Source: Gemmatimonadaceae bacterium
Lineage (GTDB): Bacteria > Gemmatimonadota > Gemmatimonadetes > Gemmatimonadales > Gemmatimonadaceae
NCBI GenBank assembly: GCA_025927495.1
Contig: JAICLH010000001.1
Span: 1 to 62,143, forward strand
Direction: 5' to 3'
DNA: 62,143 nucleotides
Position 1 is the stretch's first letter; each line of letters begins with the position of its first letter. A program made the position numbers and the translations under genes. Below are positions 47,241 to 57,341 of this stretch, one piece after another. A model generated the notes under the pieces. The model did no database searches, was not told the origin of the DNA, and worked only from the letters and a program-made list of their open reading frames with translations.

Positions 47241-47505
47241 TCGGATCCTCTGATCCCTGGATGCTCGCCGGGCTTTCGAGTGAAAAGCGAGAACGCGTGA
47301 TGTTTGGTCTTCTACTTCTTTACTATTGGATCAAGAGTAGTAGAAGTAGTAGGGGCTGTGGAGTATGGGGAAAGCAATCGAACGCACGGAGTACGTAGCA
47401 GTTATCGTAGTGAGAAAGCTGTGGGAAACCAAGTCGGCGTCGCGGAATCGTGGGAATACGTGTGACGCGATGTGCAGAGGCCATCGATTTCCCACGGCGT
47501 GCACA
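47241..47505. other. Probable oriC (dnaA-dnaN intergenic region): AT-rich unwinding element plus DnaA-box-like repeats
   Basis: 47299..47352 is by eye well under half G+C in a roughly two-thirds G+C genome. It contains the imperfect inverted repeat CTTCTACTTCTTTACT / AGTAGTAGAAGTAG around GGATCA. DnaA-box-like 9-mers are TGTGGAGTA (47357), TGTGGGAAA (47420), CGTGGGAAT (47449) and, inverted, TTTCCCACG (47488). Confidence 0.6.
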
Positions 47506-48900
47506 TCATGTGTGAAGATCCGAGACGCTTTTCCGCAGTGATTCCACACGCGCGTTGAACGGCGCGTCGTGAGGGAGCAGCGATTCGATGCGTTCGAGGC
47601 TGTGAATGACAGTGGAGTGATCGCGTCCGCCGAATGCGTTGCCGATCTCGACGAGCTGGAGGCCGAGGAATTCGCGGATGAGATACATGGCGACCTGGCG
47701 CGGTACGGTGAGCTGCTTGGTGCGGCTCTTGGAGCGCAGGCCTTCGACGTTGACGCTGAATTCGCGCGCAACGAGCTGCTGGATGGAGAGCACACTCAGG
47801 GCGTGTTTTTCCTCAGCCGACGCCTCACCATTTAGTCGCAGTTTGTCACGAAGTGCTTCGCGCGCGAGGGTTACCGAGACGTCGCGGTGCTTGAGCGATG
47901 CGTAAGCAAGGAGACGGATCAGGGAGCCTTCCAGCTCGCGGACGCTGGAGCGGACGTGTTCCGCGATGAAGCGGATGACATCATCGGGGATAGTGAGCTC
48001 CAAGTGATCGAGGCGCGCCTTGTTCTGGAGGATCGCGATGCGGTGCTCGAGATCGGGCTGCTCGATGTCGGCGACCATGCCCCACTGGAAGCGGCTGACG
48101 AGGCGCGCCTCGAGTCCAGGGATTTCGGACGGCGGCCGATCGCTCGTGAGGATGATTTGTCGGCCGGCTTCGTAGAGTGCGTTGAACGTGTGGAAGAACT
48201 CCTCCTGTGTCGCTTCGGTACGCTTGAGGAAGTGCACGTCGTCGAGGAGGAGGAGGTCAGTTTCGCGATATCGCCGTCGGAATTCGGGCGTTGAGCGTTT
48301 TTGGATGGCGGCGACGAGCTCGTTGGTGAATTGCTCGGTGCCGACGAAACAGACGCGCGTTTGTGGAGCGCGCTGCATGATCTCGTGGGCGACTGCCTGC
48401 ATGAGATGGGTTTTGCCGAGTCCGGTATCGCCGTAGATGAAGAGGGGGTTGTAGACTTTGCCCGGGGCGGCGGCGACGGCTTGTGCGGCGGCGGCGGCGA
48501 GCTCATTGGACTTGCCGATGACGAAATTGAGAAACGTGTAGCGTGTGCTGAGTTGGACGCCGGCGGCCGGCGCGTCGCCGGGGGCAGATTGACGCGCTTG
48601 ATCGGGCGGTGGCGCGACGAACAGGTCCATCTGCGGTCGAGTCTTTCGCTCTTCATCGACGCGGAAGACGATGTTGATGGGATGGCCTAACGCTAGTGGC
48701 GCGAGACTGGCCAGATACTGTGCGTGTTTGGATTCATTCCAGTCGGCGGCGAAACGATCGGGTGCCGCGACGACGATTGTATCGCCTTCCAGCTCGAGTG
48801 CTTCGGTCGGCTCCAGCCATGTCCGGTACGTTTGCTCGGGCAGCTCGAGGCGTGCGCGGTCGAGCAAGCGGGTCCATGTTTCTGTTGCCGTGAGTGTCAT
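47506..48900 (-). CDS. dnaA: Chromosomal replication initiator protein DnaA
   Basis: ATG 48900 gives [29 protein letters not shown]. AAA+ motifs [17 protein letters not shown] and LLLDDVHF. The domain IV DnaA signature is [36 protein letters not shown]. Confidence 0.95.
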   Translation of the reverse strand: [464 protein letters not shown]

Positions 48901-49112
48901 GCCGGGATACGACTCGGAAGGGGACGCGAAGCTAGATTCGTCGTGTGGAAAAGTCAATCCGATGAAAATCGACAGTGGAGTGAAGGCAGTTCGGGCGATT
49001 CGCGACGTGAGGCGACGCGAGGCGACGCAAACGCGGCGTTGACCCGTGCCCGAGCGCTGGATAGCTTTCATGGTCTGTATGCCGCGAACGGAACACGCAT
49101 TGGAGTAAGGAC

Positions 49113-49277
49113 ATGGGCAAGCCAACGTATCGTCCTCGGAACAAGCGCCGGATTCGCACGCACGGATTTATGGAGCGGATGTCGACGCGGTGGGGGCGGG
49201 AGGTATTGAGCCGGCGTCGCAAGAAAGGGCGGAAGCGGTTGACCGTTCGGCTTCCGTCGAAGTACGCGGGCGCCTGA
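49113..49277 (+). CDS. rpmH: 50S ribosomal protein L34 (54 aa; below the ORF-track size cutoff)
   Basis: My translation is [45 protein letters not shown].... GGAG lies 7 nt upstream of the ATG. Canonical position upstream of rnpA. Confidence 0.9.
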   Translation: MGKPTYRPRNKRRIRTHGFMERMSTRWGREVLSRRRKKGRKRLTVRLPSKYAGA

Positions 49278-49305
49278 GCGTCGGCGGTTCACGCGACCGC
49301 ATCGA

Positions 49306-49638
49306 TTGACGCGGCGCGCGGAGATGGAGCGAGTAACGCGCGAGGGGAAGCGTATCCGAACCGACAGCCTCGAGCTGCGGTGGATGGCTTCCCCTCTTGG
49401 ACATCCGGCGGGTCGGGTCGGGTTCATCGTGCCCAGATATGGCGAGACCGCGGTAGCACGCAATCGCTTGAAGCGGCGATTGCGGGAGATCGCGCGGGTG
49501 GAGATTCTGCCGCGGATGGGTTCGTTGGACGCCATCATTCGAGCGCGCGCCGTAGCATATCGTGTCACGTTTGCCGAACTTCGGCGCGAGTTGACACGTA
49601 TGGGAGATAGACTGGTCTCCGGAGTGGAGCGCGAGTGA
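49306..49638 (+). CDS. rnpA: RNase P protein component
   Basis: The RNR motif [13 protein letters not shown], the small basic protein and the position between rpmH and yidD. The start may lie slightly upstream. Confidence 0.85.
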   Translation: MTRRAEMERVTREGKRIRTDSLELRWMASPLGHPAGRVGFIVPRYGETAVARNRLKRRLREIARVEILPRMGSLDAIIRARAVAYRVTFAELRRELTRMGDRLVSGVERE

Positions 49639-49847
49639 TGCGGTGGGTGCTGATTTTTCTGGTGCGCGGTTACCAGGTCGCGCTGTCGCCCCTGCTGCCA
49701 TCGACGTGCCGATTCATGCCGAGTTGTTCGGCGTACGCCGTTGAAGCGCTGGAGCGGCACGGAGCGCTGCACGGTACTTGGCTGACCATCCGCAGGCTTG
49801 CGCGATGCCACCCATTTTGTGTGGGCGGCTATGACCCGGTGCCCTGA
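49635..49847 (+). CDS. yidD: Membrane protein insertion efficiency factor YidD
   Basis: YQ..LSPLLP..CRF.PSCS.YA.EA...G...G..L...RL.RCHP. Confidence 0.9.
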   Translation: MMRWVLIFLVRGYQVALSPLLPSTCRFMPSCSAYAVEALERHGALHGTWLTIRRLARCHPFCVGGYDPVP

Positions 49848-49865
49848 GCCCGGCTGCCATCTCAA

Positions 49866-51578
49866 ATGGAAAAACGCATTCTGATTTTTCTTGCGGCAGC
49901 AGCCGCCCTGTTGTTCGGGACAATGCTGCTTTTCCCGTCGCCGCAGCGACCGACGTCGCAGTCGGGAGATTCGACCGCGGTGGCGGACACCATGCACCGC
50001 GCCGTTGCGCCATCCACGACCGCGGCGGCGACGGTGTCGCCGCCCAAGGTCTCGGTGAAAGACACGGCATCGCCGGCCATCGCGCGCAGCGACACGATCG
50101 TCGTGCGCACGTCGAACGCGACGTACCGCATCAGCACGCGCGGCGCCGCGCCGATCGGTGCGCGGATGGAAGATTTCAAAGCCTACTCGAAGGGCGACGG
50201 CAAGGTGGAGCTTGCGCGGGACGGGTCGCCGCTGGTGTCGTACGCCGTGGTGACGGGCAGTCGTGATACGCTGTCGCTCGACCGGACGGTGTTCACGGTG
50301 GACTCGTCGTCGCGCGGCGCCGGCGGTCTTGCGATCCTCACGTTCCGGGGCGCGTTAGGCGGCGACACCGCGATGATCACGTACACGTTTTCGCCGGACA
50401 GCTATCTCGTCCGCGTTCGTGGGGCGGTGCGGTCTGCCGGCGCGGCATCGAGCGCGCCCAGGGCGCTGCTGGTGTCGCTGCCGTCTGGATTTCGATCGGC
50501 GGAGGCGGACACGGTGGAGGACGAGCGGCATCTGTCCTTCGTCGTGAAGACGATGCGCGACGATCCGGAGAGCATCGATTTTTCGAAGCTGGACTCGACT
50601 GTGGCGCGCGTCGAGACCGGCCCGCTCAATTGGGTGGCCAGCAAGAACAAGTATTTCCTGGTCGCAATGATGTCGGACACCGCGCGGTCGCCGTTCGCGG
50701 GCGCGGTGTTCGAGGGCGTGCCGCGCGCGGCCAAGACGATCGCCCTCCATGCGTCGGGTCGGGTGGTGCAGCAGCTGTCCCCGGATGGGACGTTCGCGTT
50801 CACGCTGTACATGGGTCCGCAGGAGTGGCGCCGGCTGCTTGCGTTAGGCCGCGAGATGCAGAACGTGAACCCGCACGGTTGGATTTTCCGGCCGATCGTG
50901 CAGCCGTTCATCACGCTGATCATGCGGCTGTTGCTGTGGGCGCACGACTTGTCGCGCATCAACTACGGCTGGCTGGTGGTGATCTTCGGCATCGCGATCC
51001 GGCTGCTGTTGTGGCCGTTGAACCAAAGCGCGATGCGGGCGCAGCTCAAGCTGCAGCGGATTCAGCCCGAGCTGCAGGTGATCCAGAAGAAGTTCAAGAA
51101 CGCGCCCGAGAAGCTCAACGCGGAGATGATGAAGCTCTACCGCGAGCACGAAATGAGTCCGTTCAGTCCGTTGGCGGGCTGCGTCCCGATGTTGATTCCG
51201 ATGCCGGTGCTGTACGCACTGTACTTCGTGTTCCAGGACACGATCGAGTTTCGCGGAGTGTCGTTCCTGTGGATGGCGGACATCTCGCAGCGAGATCCGT
51301 TTTACATCCTCCCGATTCTGATGGCTGTATCGATGTTCCTGCTGTCCTGGATCGGGTTGCGCGCGTCGCCGCAGAATTCGCAAGCGAAGATGATGGCGTA
51401 CACGATGCCGTTGGTCATGGGCGTGCTGTTCTACCGGTTGGCGGCGGGGCTCAATCTCTACTACGCGGTTCAGAATCTCGCGGCGTTGCCGCAGCAGTGG
51501 TTGATCGCGCGCGAGCGTGCGAAGGCCGGCGTGCCGGCGACGTCCGCGGGGCCGGCGGCCAGCGCGCGGGTAACGTAG
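49866..51578 (+). CDS. yidC: Membrane protein insertase YidC
   Basis: N-terminal TM, a large periplasmic domain, and the conserved C-terminal core NYGWLVVIFGIAIRLLLWPL...MRAQLKLQRIQPELQVIQKKFK...GCVPMLIPMPVLYALY. Confidence 0.9.
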   Translation: MEKRILIFLAAAAALLFGTMLLFPSPQRPTSQSGDSTAVADTMHRAVAPSTTAAATVSPPKVSVKDTASPAIARSDTIVVRTSNATYRISTRGAAPIGARMEDFKAYSKGDGKVELARDGSPLVSYAVVTGSRDTLSLDRTVFTVDSSSRGAGGLAILTFRGALGGDTAMITYTFSPDSYLVRVRGAVRSAGAASSAPRALLVSLPSGFRSAEADTVEDERHLSFVVKTMRDDPESIDFSKLDSTVARVETGPLNWVASKNKYFLVAMMSDTARSPFAGAVFEGVPRAAKTIALHASGRVVQQLSPDGTFAFTLYMGPQEWRRLLALGREMQNVNPHGWIFRPIVQPFITLIMRLLLWAHDLSRINYGWLVVIFGIAIRLLLWPLNQSAMRAQLKLQRIQPELQVIQKKFKNAPEKLNAEMMKLYREHEMSPFSPLAGCVPMLIPMPVLYALYFVFQDTIEFRGVSFLWMADISQRDPFYILPILMAVSMFLLSWIGLRASPQNSQAKMMAYTMPLVMGVLFYRLAAGLNLYYAVQNLAALPQQWLIARERAKAGVPATSAGPAASARVT

Positions 51579-51603
51579 CGTCGATGCGCCGCGCGACCGG
51601 GGG

Positions 51604-53007
51604 ATGCGGGGTGTGAGCGCGATACTGCCCGGCGCGGAGGACACGATCGCGGCGATGGCGACGCCGCCCGGGCGGAGCGCGCTCGCGGTGGTGCGCATGA
51701 GCGGACCGCGCGCGCACGAGATCGCAAGCCGGCTGCTCGACCCATGGCGCAACGCGCCGGGCGCGTCGTACCGTGCTCGCCTAACGGATCCGGCCACGGG
51801 CCGCGTCATCGAGCGGCCGGTCGTGACGCCGTACCGCGCGCCCCGCTCCTACACCGGCGACGATCTCGTCGAATTGAGCGTGCACGGCGGCCACGTCGGC
51901 CCGGCCCGTGCGTTAGGCGCCCTCCTCGGCGCCGGCGCGCGCCTGGCGCTGCCCGGCGAGTTCACGCGCCGCGCCGTGGCCGCGGGGAAGCTCGACGTGC
52001 TGCAGGCGGAGGCGATCGGCGATCTGATCGACGCCGAGTCGCAGGCGATGCACGATGCGGCGCTGGCGCAACTGGACGGGCGGTTGTCGCGACGCGTGGC
52101 GGAGCTGCGCGAAGCGGTGCTCCAGGTGGAAGCGATGATCGCGTACGATATCGACTTTCCCGAAGAGGACAGCGGACCAATCGACCCGGCGCGGGTCACG
52201 GAGGCCACGACCGCACTCGTGGAGTCGCTGGATCGACTCCTGGGGACGGCGGCGGCCGGTGAAGTGGTGCGGCGCGGCGCGCGCGTGGTCCTGGCGGGCG
52301 CGCCGAACGTCGGCAAGTCATCGCTGTTCAACGCGCTCGTAGGACACGAGCGGGCGATCGTGACGGCAATCGCGGGGACGACACGCGATGCGATCGAGGC
52401 GGTGGTCGATCTGGGCGCGTGGCCGGTGCGCCTGATGGACACGGCGGGCTTACGGGAGTCGGCGGACCCGATCGAACAGTTGGGCGTGGCGATGACGGCG
52501 CGGGCCCTTGCTGCGGCGGACGTCGTGCTGGCGTGCGGCGACAGCGCGCTGTCGTTAGGCGAAGCGGTCGCGGCGGCGGCCGCGCGGACCGCGGCGCCGG
52601 TGGTGCCGGTGCGCACGAAGGGCGATCTGACGCCGACCAGCGGCGATTTAGTAACAAAGAGCTCTGAATCGAGCGCCGAGCGGCCGATCGTCGTCAGCGC
52701 GCTCACCGGGGCCGGGCTCGCCGAGCTGCGCGCCCGACTCGAGGAGATGGTGGAGGGGAAAGCGGGGGACCAATGGCGCGACACGCCGCTCCTCACGCGC
52801 GAACGGCATCGCGCCGCCATCGCGCTCGCCCGCGCCGAGGTCGCGGCGTTCCAGGACGCGTGGTCAGATGGCGATGACGCCGTACCCGTCGTCATTGCCG
52901 CCGTGCAACTGCGCGCGGCCGCGACGGCGCTCGAATCGCTCATTGGCGCGATCGATGTAGAAGATGTCCTGGACCGCGTCTTCCGAACGTTCTGCGTGGG
53001 CAAGTAA
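51604..53007 (+). CDS. mnmE: tRNA modification GTPase MnmE (TrmE)
   Basis: TIAAMATPPGRSALAVVRMSG, G-domain GAPNVGKSSLFNAL / DTAGLR / TKGD, and the C-terminal FCVGK motif. Confidence 0.9.
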   Translation: MRGVSAILPGAEDTIAAMATPPGRSALAVVRMSGPRAHEIASRLLDPWRNAPGASYRARLTDPATGRVIERPVVTPYRAPRSYTGDDLVELSVHGGHVGPARALGALLGAGARLALPGEFTRRAVAAGKLDVLQAEAIGDLIDAESQAMHDAALAQLDGRLSRRVAELREAVLQVEAMIAYDIDFPEEDSGPIDPARVTEATTALVESLDRLLGTAAAGEVVRRGARVVLAGAPNVGKSSLFNALVGHERAIVTAIAGTTRDAIEAVVDLGAWPVRLMDTAGLRESADPIEQLGVAMTARALAAADVVLACGDSALSLGEAVAAAAARTAAPVVPVRTKGDLTPTSGDLVTKSSESSAERPIVVSALTGAGLAELRARLEEMVEGKAGDQWRDTPLLTRERHRAAIALARAEVAAFQDAWSDGDDAVPVVIAAVQLRAAATALESLIGAIDVEDVLDRVFRTFCVGK

Positions 53008-53033
53008 TCGAGCGCTGGTCCGCGCCCGCCCGG

Positions 53034-53972
53034 TCATGCGCTCGCCGCGGTCTCGTCGTCGGCGAGGATCTCCGCTGCCTCCGCGCGCAGACACCACGCC
53101 AAGCCGCGACTCGCAACCGCGTGCTCCACCATCCGACTGCCGATGTAGTAGCCCGACCGCTCAGGCAGCACGTAGCCGCCGGGCATCGTGCGCGCGTCGG
53201 CGGGAAGTCCGTCGGCGAGAAACCGCAAACGCAGTCCGAGCGCCGCACGATCGAGATCGCCCGCGATGTCCGCGGTGATTGTTTGCTCGAGATCGCGAAC
53301 ACGCGCGAATTGACGCCGATCGTACCCGAAGTACTCCCACTCGGCGTGACCCGGACTCACCGCGCGCGCCGTCTCGACGGCGAGGCCTTCGTTGACGAGT
53401 AGCTCGCGGAGCGAGGCGCGACGCGCCGTGTCCCAATACGAGTAGTAGCCGCCGGCCGCCTGCACCAGTCGATGCAATTCGCTGCGTCCGTGAGGCGACG
53501 TGTAGCGAACCACGTGCGCGATCTCGTGGGCCAGCCACGGTCGGATCAGCTCTGGATCGAGTCCCAACCCGTGCGTTTCTTCGCTTCTCACTGCAGTAAA
53601 ATGTTCCAAGCAGATCACCGCGATGCCCTTACCATCGGTGACAAGCTCACCGGCATTCGCCGCCCCAACGCCAACCATGAGCACGATGTCCATGTCAACA
53701 TCTATGTCAAGCAACTCGGTGCACGCCGCAACGGTGTCTCGCGCGAGCGACAGGACGTCTGTGCGCTCCAACATCCCCAACAGGTCGTGCCGACTCGCTT
53801 GCACAGTGTTCCGAACCACGTCCGTGAAGTGTTCGCTCTCGGGATCGAGCACATAGTTGTGCCAATACGGTTCTAAGAATCGGCGATTGGCATCGAAATA
53901 GGTGTGGTAGGCAGCGATAGGATCACTGGTATCAAGAACAGCCAAGAAATCGGGAACCAAGTCGATCAGCAT
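53034..53972 (-). CDS. DUF2268-like putative zinc-dependent protease
   Basis: HEIAHVVRY (HExxH) in a protein of about 310 aa. ATG 53972 gives MLIDLVPDFLAVL. The 5' third of the gene is noticeably less GC-rich. Confidence 0.65.
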   Translation of the reverse strand: MLIDLVPDFLAVLDTSDPIAAYHTYFDANRRFLEPYWHNYVLDPESEHFTDVVRNTVQASRHDLLGMLERTDVLSLARDTVAACTELLDIDVDMDIVLMVGVGAANAGELVTDGKGIAVICLEHFTAVRSEETHGLGLDPELIRPWLAHEIAHVVRYTSPHGRSELHRLVQAAGGYYSYWDTARRASLRELLVNEGLAVETARAVSPGHAEWEYFGYDRRQFARVRDLEQTITADIAGDLDRAALGLRLRFLADGLPADARTMPGGYVLPERSGYYIGSRMVEHAVASRGLAWCLRAEAAEILADDETAASA

Positions 53973-54124
53973 GGCACCGAAGGAGGGAACCGGACTGGGC
54001 GAGTACGACAGGCGTCGTCGGGACGCGGCAAGATACCGGCGACTGAAAGGTGCTACAAGAGGAAACACGCTCGTGGCACGCAACTTTCCTTACTTCGAGC
54101 GCGTGAGGAGGCAGGAGCCCGAGC

Positions 54125-54784
54125 ATGACCACGCTGAAGCAAATCGATTTGACGTGTCCCATTTGCCAGACCCGCTTTACGTCACATGCGGTGCTGTCGA
54201 CGAATTCGTTCGGTGGCAAGCGGACCGATTTTCACGAGCGGGCGGCGGGCGCCCAACCGCTGCCCTACCTGATTCACATCTGTGCGCGATGTGGCTACGC
54301 GGGTGGCGAACGCGACTTCAGCGACGACGCGGATGTCAGTCCGGTCGTGCGTGAGCACGTGTGGGACGAGCTCGCGCCTAAACTTCCCGAAGCGGGCGGC
54401 ACAATTCCCGGGTCGGCGAAATACGAATTCGCGGCCAAAGTCGCCGCGTGGCAAGCCGCGGAGCCTCGTCGCATCGCGGATTTGTACTTGCGCGCCGCGT
54501 GGTGCTGTGTCGACGAAGGCGATATCGAAGCTGAGCGGTATTTCCGCCGTCGCGCCGCCTGGCAGTTTGAGGCCGCGCTCTCGAGCTATGATGGCGCGGA
54601 GCGAGAGGAGCGCGCCGTTCTCACCTATTTGGTCGGCGAGTTATGGCGACGGGTGGGCGACCTGTCGTTAGCAAACGAGTGGTTCGATCGCGTGGAATCG
54701 GAAGTAATGGACCCCGCTGCCCAACGCTGGGTGTTGGACGCCGCGTGGCAACAGCGGAGCTGCCCGCGCGATTGGTTCGAGTAA
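54125..54784 (+). CDS. DUF2225-like protein (N-terminal C4 zinc ribbon plus helical repeat domain)
   Basis: CPICQTRF...CARCGYAG followed by TPR-like helices. The family call is from pattern only. Confidence 0.55.
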   Translation: MTTLKQIDLTCPICQTRFTSHAVLSTNSFGGKRTDFHERAAGAQPLPYLIHICARCGYAGGERDFSDDADVSPVVREHVWDELAPKLPEAGGTIPGSAKYEFAAKVAAWQAAEPRRIADLYLRAAWCCVDEGDIEAERYFRRRAAWQFEAALSSYDGAEREERAVLTYLVGELWRRVGDLSLANEWFDRVESEVMDPAAQRWVLDAAWQQRSCPRDWFE

Positions 54785-54818
54785 TCGTGCGCGTGCGACC
54801 GGTTGACCAACGCGGTCG

Positions 54819-55466
54819 TCAGCGCGTACCGAAGATGCGATCGCCGGCGTCACCCAGTCCCGGCAGGATGTAGCCGTGCGCGTTGAGCTCGCGGTCGAGC
54901 GCCGCTGCGTACACCGGCACATCAGGATGCGCATGCTGCATGCGCTCGATCCCGGCCGGTGCCGCGACGATGCAGAGAAATCGAATACGCGCCGCACCGG
55001 CCCGCTTGAGGGATGACACCGCGGCGACAGCACTCCCACCCGTCGCCAACATCGGATCGAGCACGAAGAAGTGCCGCTCCCCCACGTCGCCCGGCACCTT
55101 GAAATAATAGTCTACCGGTTCAAGTGTATCGTGATCGCGATACATTCCGATGTGTCCCACGCGTGCCGAGGGCACCAAGCGCAACACGCCTTCCACCATG
55201 CCGAGTCCCGCGCGGAGGACCGGCACGAGCGTGAGCTTTTTGCCGCTTACACGACGTCCGCGCATTGATTCGAGCGGGGTGTTCACGTCCACGGTTTCGA
55301 GCGGAAGGTCGCTCGTTGCCTCGTACGCCATCAGCATTGCGATCTCCTCCACCAGTTCCTTGAATAGCTTGGTGGTCGTCGTCCGATCGCGAGCGATCGA
55401 CAGCTTGTGCTCGATCAGCGGGTGGCGGCTGACGGCGAGATTGCCCAGCACAGGGGTGGTGTGCAT
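54819..55466 (-). CDS. upp: Uracil phosphoribosyltransferase
   Basis: [24 protein letters not shown] and the PRPP loop [14 protein letters not shown]. Start at ATG 55466. Confidence 0.9.
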   Translation of the reverse strand: MHTTPVLGNLAVSRHPLIEHKLSIARDRTTTTKLFKELVEEIAMLMAYEATSDLPLETVDVNTPLESMRGRRVSGKKLTLVPVLRAGLGMVEGVLRLVPSARVGHIGMYRDHDTLEPVDYYFKVPGDVGERHFFVLDPMLATGGSAVAAVSSLKRAGAARIRFLCIVAAPAGIERMQHAHPDVPVYAAALDRELNAHGYILPGLGDAGDRIFGTR

Positions 55467-55493
55467 GGGCGACAAACTAGTATCTTCGGCCGC

Positions 55494-55682
55494 ATGAAAG
55501 AATATCAGGCGGTGATTCTCCGGCTGACGCGGCGATCGCAAGAAGACGAAGATGCACTCACCGATCTTCTCAACGAACGGAGCCGCGGCGGATGGGAACC
55601 CGCACTGATGACGCAGGACGGACAACGGCTAACGGTCGTGTTCCAGCGACTGTCGCCAGGAGAATCGCGTGTTGCCGGCTGA
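55494..55682 (+). CDS. DUF4177-like small protein (62 aa)
   Basis: [11 protein letters not shown]...[27 protein letters not shown] resembles DUF4177. It is divergent from upp. Confidence 0.45.
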   Translation: MKEYQAVILRLTRRSQEDEDALTDLLNERSRGGWEPALMTQDGQRLTVVFQRLSPGESRVAG

Positions 55683-56280
55683 ACGGGCAGAGATCAGAGT
55701 GACGAATGCCGAACACCGGCCGCGTCTCGAGGCGGCCGAACGGATTCTGCGTGCCGCGGTGCGCTGCATCGTGGCGTCAGGAGCGGCGGCGCTGACGATG
55801 CACGACGTGGCGGAAGAAGCCGAAGTGAGCAAGGGGCTGATCCACTACCATTTTCACGACAAGGACACGCTGCTCGCACGCGTCGTCGAGTGGATGGGCC
55901 AGAACCTCGTATCGCGTGAACGCGCGGCGCTCGAGAGTTCAACGCCGCGCCATGCGATCGACGACCTGTGGGCCTGGCTCTCCGCGGAGTTGGATCGCGG
56001 ACACCTGCGCGTGCTCCTCGAGTTGGCGCAGTGGCGGAATCCGCTCGTGCGTCGAGCCATCCACGCCGCGAACCTGGCACGGCGCGAGGCGGCGTCGGCC
56101 TCCATCGAGCGACTCTTCGCCTTACTGGCGCTGCGCCCGCGTATTCCCGCTCAATTGCTCGCCGACGTAGTCGTGCCATTCGTCGATGGTCTCGCCATGA
56201 CAATGGGCTTGGATCCCGAGTTCAATCCGCGCGCTGCATTTGACGTCCTCTGGCTCTCGTTGCTGACACTCACCGATTGA
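55669..56280 (+). CDS. TetR/AcrR-family transcriptional regulator
   Basis: N-terminal HTH ALTMHDVAEEAEVSKGLIHYHFHDKDTLL. Confidence 0.8.
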   Translation: MLPAERAEIRVTNAEHRPRLEAAERILRAAVRCIVASGAAALTMHDVAEEAEVSKGLIHYHFHDKDTLLARVVEWMGQNLVSRERAALESSTPRHAIDDLWAWLSAELDRGHLRVLLELAQWRNPLVRRAIHAANLARREAASASIERLFALLALRPRIPAQLLADVVVPFVDGLAMTMGLDPEFNPRAAFDVLWLSLLTLTD

Positions 56281-56349
56281 CGCACCACACGCGCGCAGGA
56301 CGGTGCGGTCCCTTTCGACAGACGGTCGCCCGCGTGTAGCTTCGGCGCC

Positions 56350-56958
56350 ATGAAGCGCCGGACCCATCTGAAAGTGCGCGTATTCGGCGCGGCAGTGATT
56401 CTCGTGATGCTCGCGTGGATCGCGATGGTAGTAGCGGTGATCGTCGTCGGTGCGCGCGACGAGGCGGCGCCCGCCGATGCGATCGTCGTACTTGGCGCGG
56501 CGCAATACGAGGGACATCCGTCGCCGGTGCTTCGGGCCCGGTTAGACCACGCGCTGGAGTTGTATCGGCGATCTCTAGCGCCAGTGGTGATTGTCACCGG
56601 TGGAACAGGCGCAGGCGACACGACGAGCGAGGCCCAGGTGAGCCGTCGCTTCCTGCTCGAGCACGGCGTTGCCGACAGCGCAATCGTGATGGAGACGCAC
56701 GGGCTCACGACGAGCCAGTCCGTGCACGCGGTCGCTGCGATCGTATCGGCACTCCCGGGCCGACGCATCATCTTGGTGAGCGATCCCTTCCATATGTTGC
56801 GCCTTTCGATCCTGTCACGAGCCTTGGGTCTCACTCCACTCACGTCTCCGACGCGGACAAGTCCGATCTCGGCGCGCGTGAGCTCGCGGTGGAAGTACGT
56901 GTTCACCGAGTCGCTGAAGGCGCCGGTTGCGTACTTGATAGAACGAGTGTCGGACTAA
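56350..56958 (+). CDS. DUF218 (YdcF/SanA/ElyC-like) membrane-anchored protein
   Basis: N-terminal TM, ADAIVVLGAA, PVVIVTGGTG, ETHGLTTSQS and ILVSDPFHMLR. Confidence 0.8.
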   Translation: MKRRTHLKVRVFGAAVILVMLAWIAMVVAVIVVGARDEAAPADAIVVLGAAQYEGHPSPVLRARLDHALELYRRSLAPVVIVTGGTGAGDTTSEAQVSRRFLLEHGVADSAIVMETHGLTTSQSVHAVAAIVSALPGRRIILVSDPFHMLRLSILSRALGLTPLTSPTRTSPISARVSSRWKYVFTESLKAPVAYLIERVSD

Positions 56959-57334
56959 CGTCGCTCCAGTGTAGCTGGCGCTATTTGGGCTCCTTGCTGG
57001 CTGCATCATGGCGCCAATTTCTGGCATCATACAGGTTCATACTCAGGAAATGGGTTGGCGGCGATTTGTTGACGCAGCCGAAGCCGGTGTCTGAACGAGG
57101 TATTCCGCATTGGTTACAGACGGTAGCCTCGTGCCGGCATGGGGCCAGTGTTCGCCGTCGCGTGGCAGGTGCGTCGCCATCTGTAGGTCTGCCTTACGCA
57201 AGCCGCTGATGGTCATCGCCTCTTGCGTATCTGACAAGAAACACAACACATTGTCGCCGCCGGACTGTCGTCACACTCAGCGCGGCATCTTTTCGCCGCG
57301 GGGGATCCCTGATGGCGATGGGAGCTCCGGACCG

Positions 57335-57341
57335 GTTAGGC
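57335..57341 (+). repeat. Intergenic copy of GTTAGGC (long non-coding region upstream of the PQQ dehydrogenase)
   Basis: Read directly. Confidence 0.9.

Noticed and set aside
49009-49028. 10-bp tandem repeat GAGGCGACGC x2 in the dnaA-rpmH divergent promoter region.
   Set aside because: It is a short GC-rich duplicate in a GC-rich genome. It has no further copies or obvious symmetry, so it may be chance.
52640-52672. Low-GC patch inside mnmE (GATTTAGTAACAAAGAGCTCTGAATCG, encoding DLVTKSSES) as a possible insertion or recoding site.
   Set aside because: It is in frame, with no stop or frameshift. It lies in a variable surface loop region after the G4 TKxD motif and is most simply a lineage-specific loop.
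52561-57334. The 4.8-kb stretch without any GTTAGGC copy (DUF2268, DUF2225, upp, DUF4177, TetR, DUF218) as a possible horizontally acquired island.
   Set aside because: At about 0.85 copies per kb, one gap of this size among about 50 intervals is not clearly improbable. The stretch contains the core gene upp, and no integrase, tRNA or flanking repeats are present.
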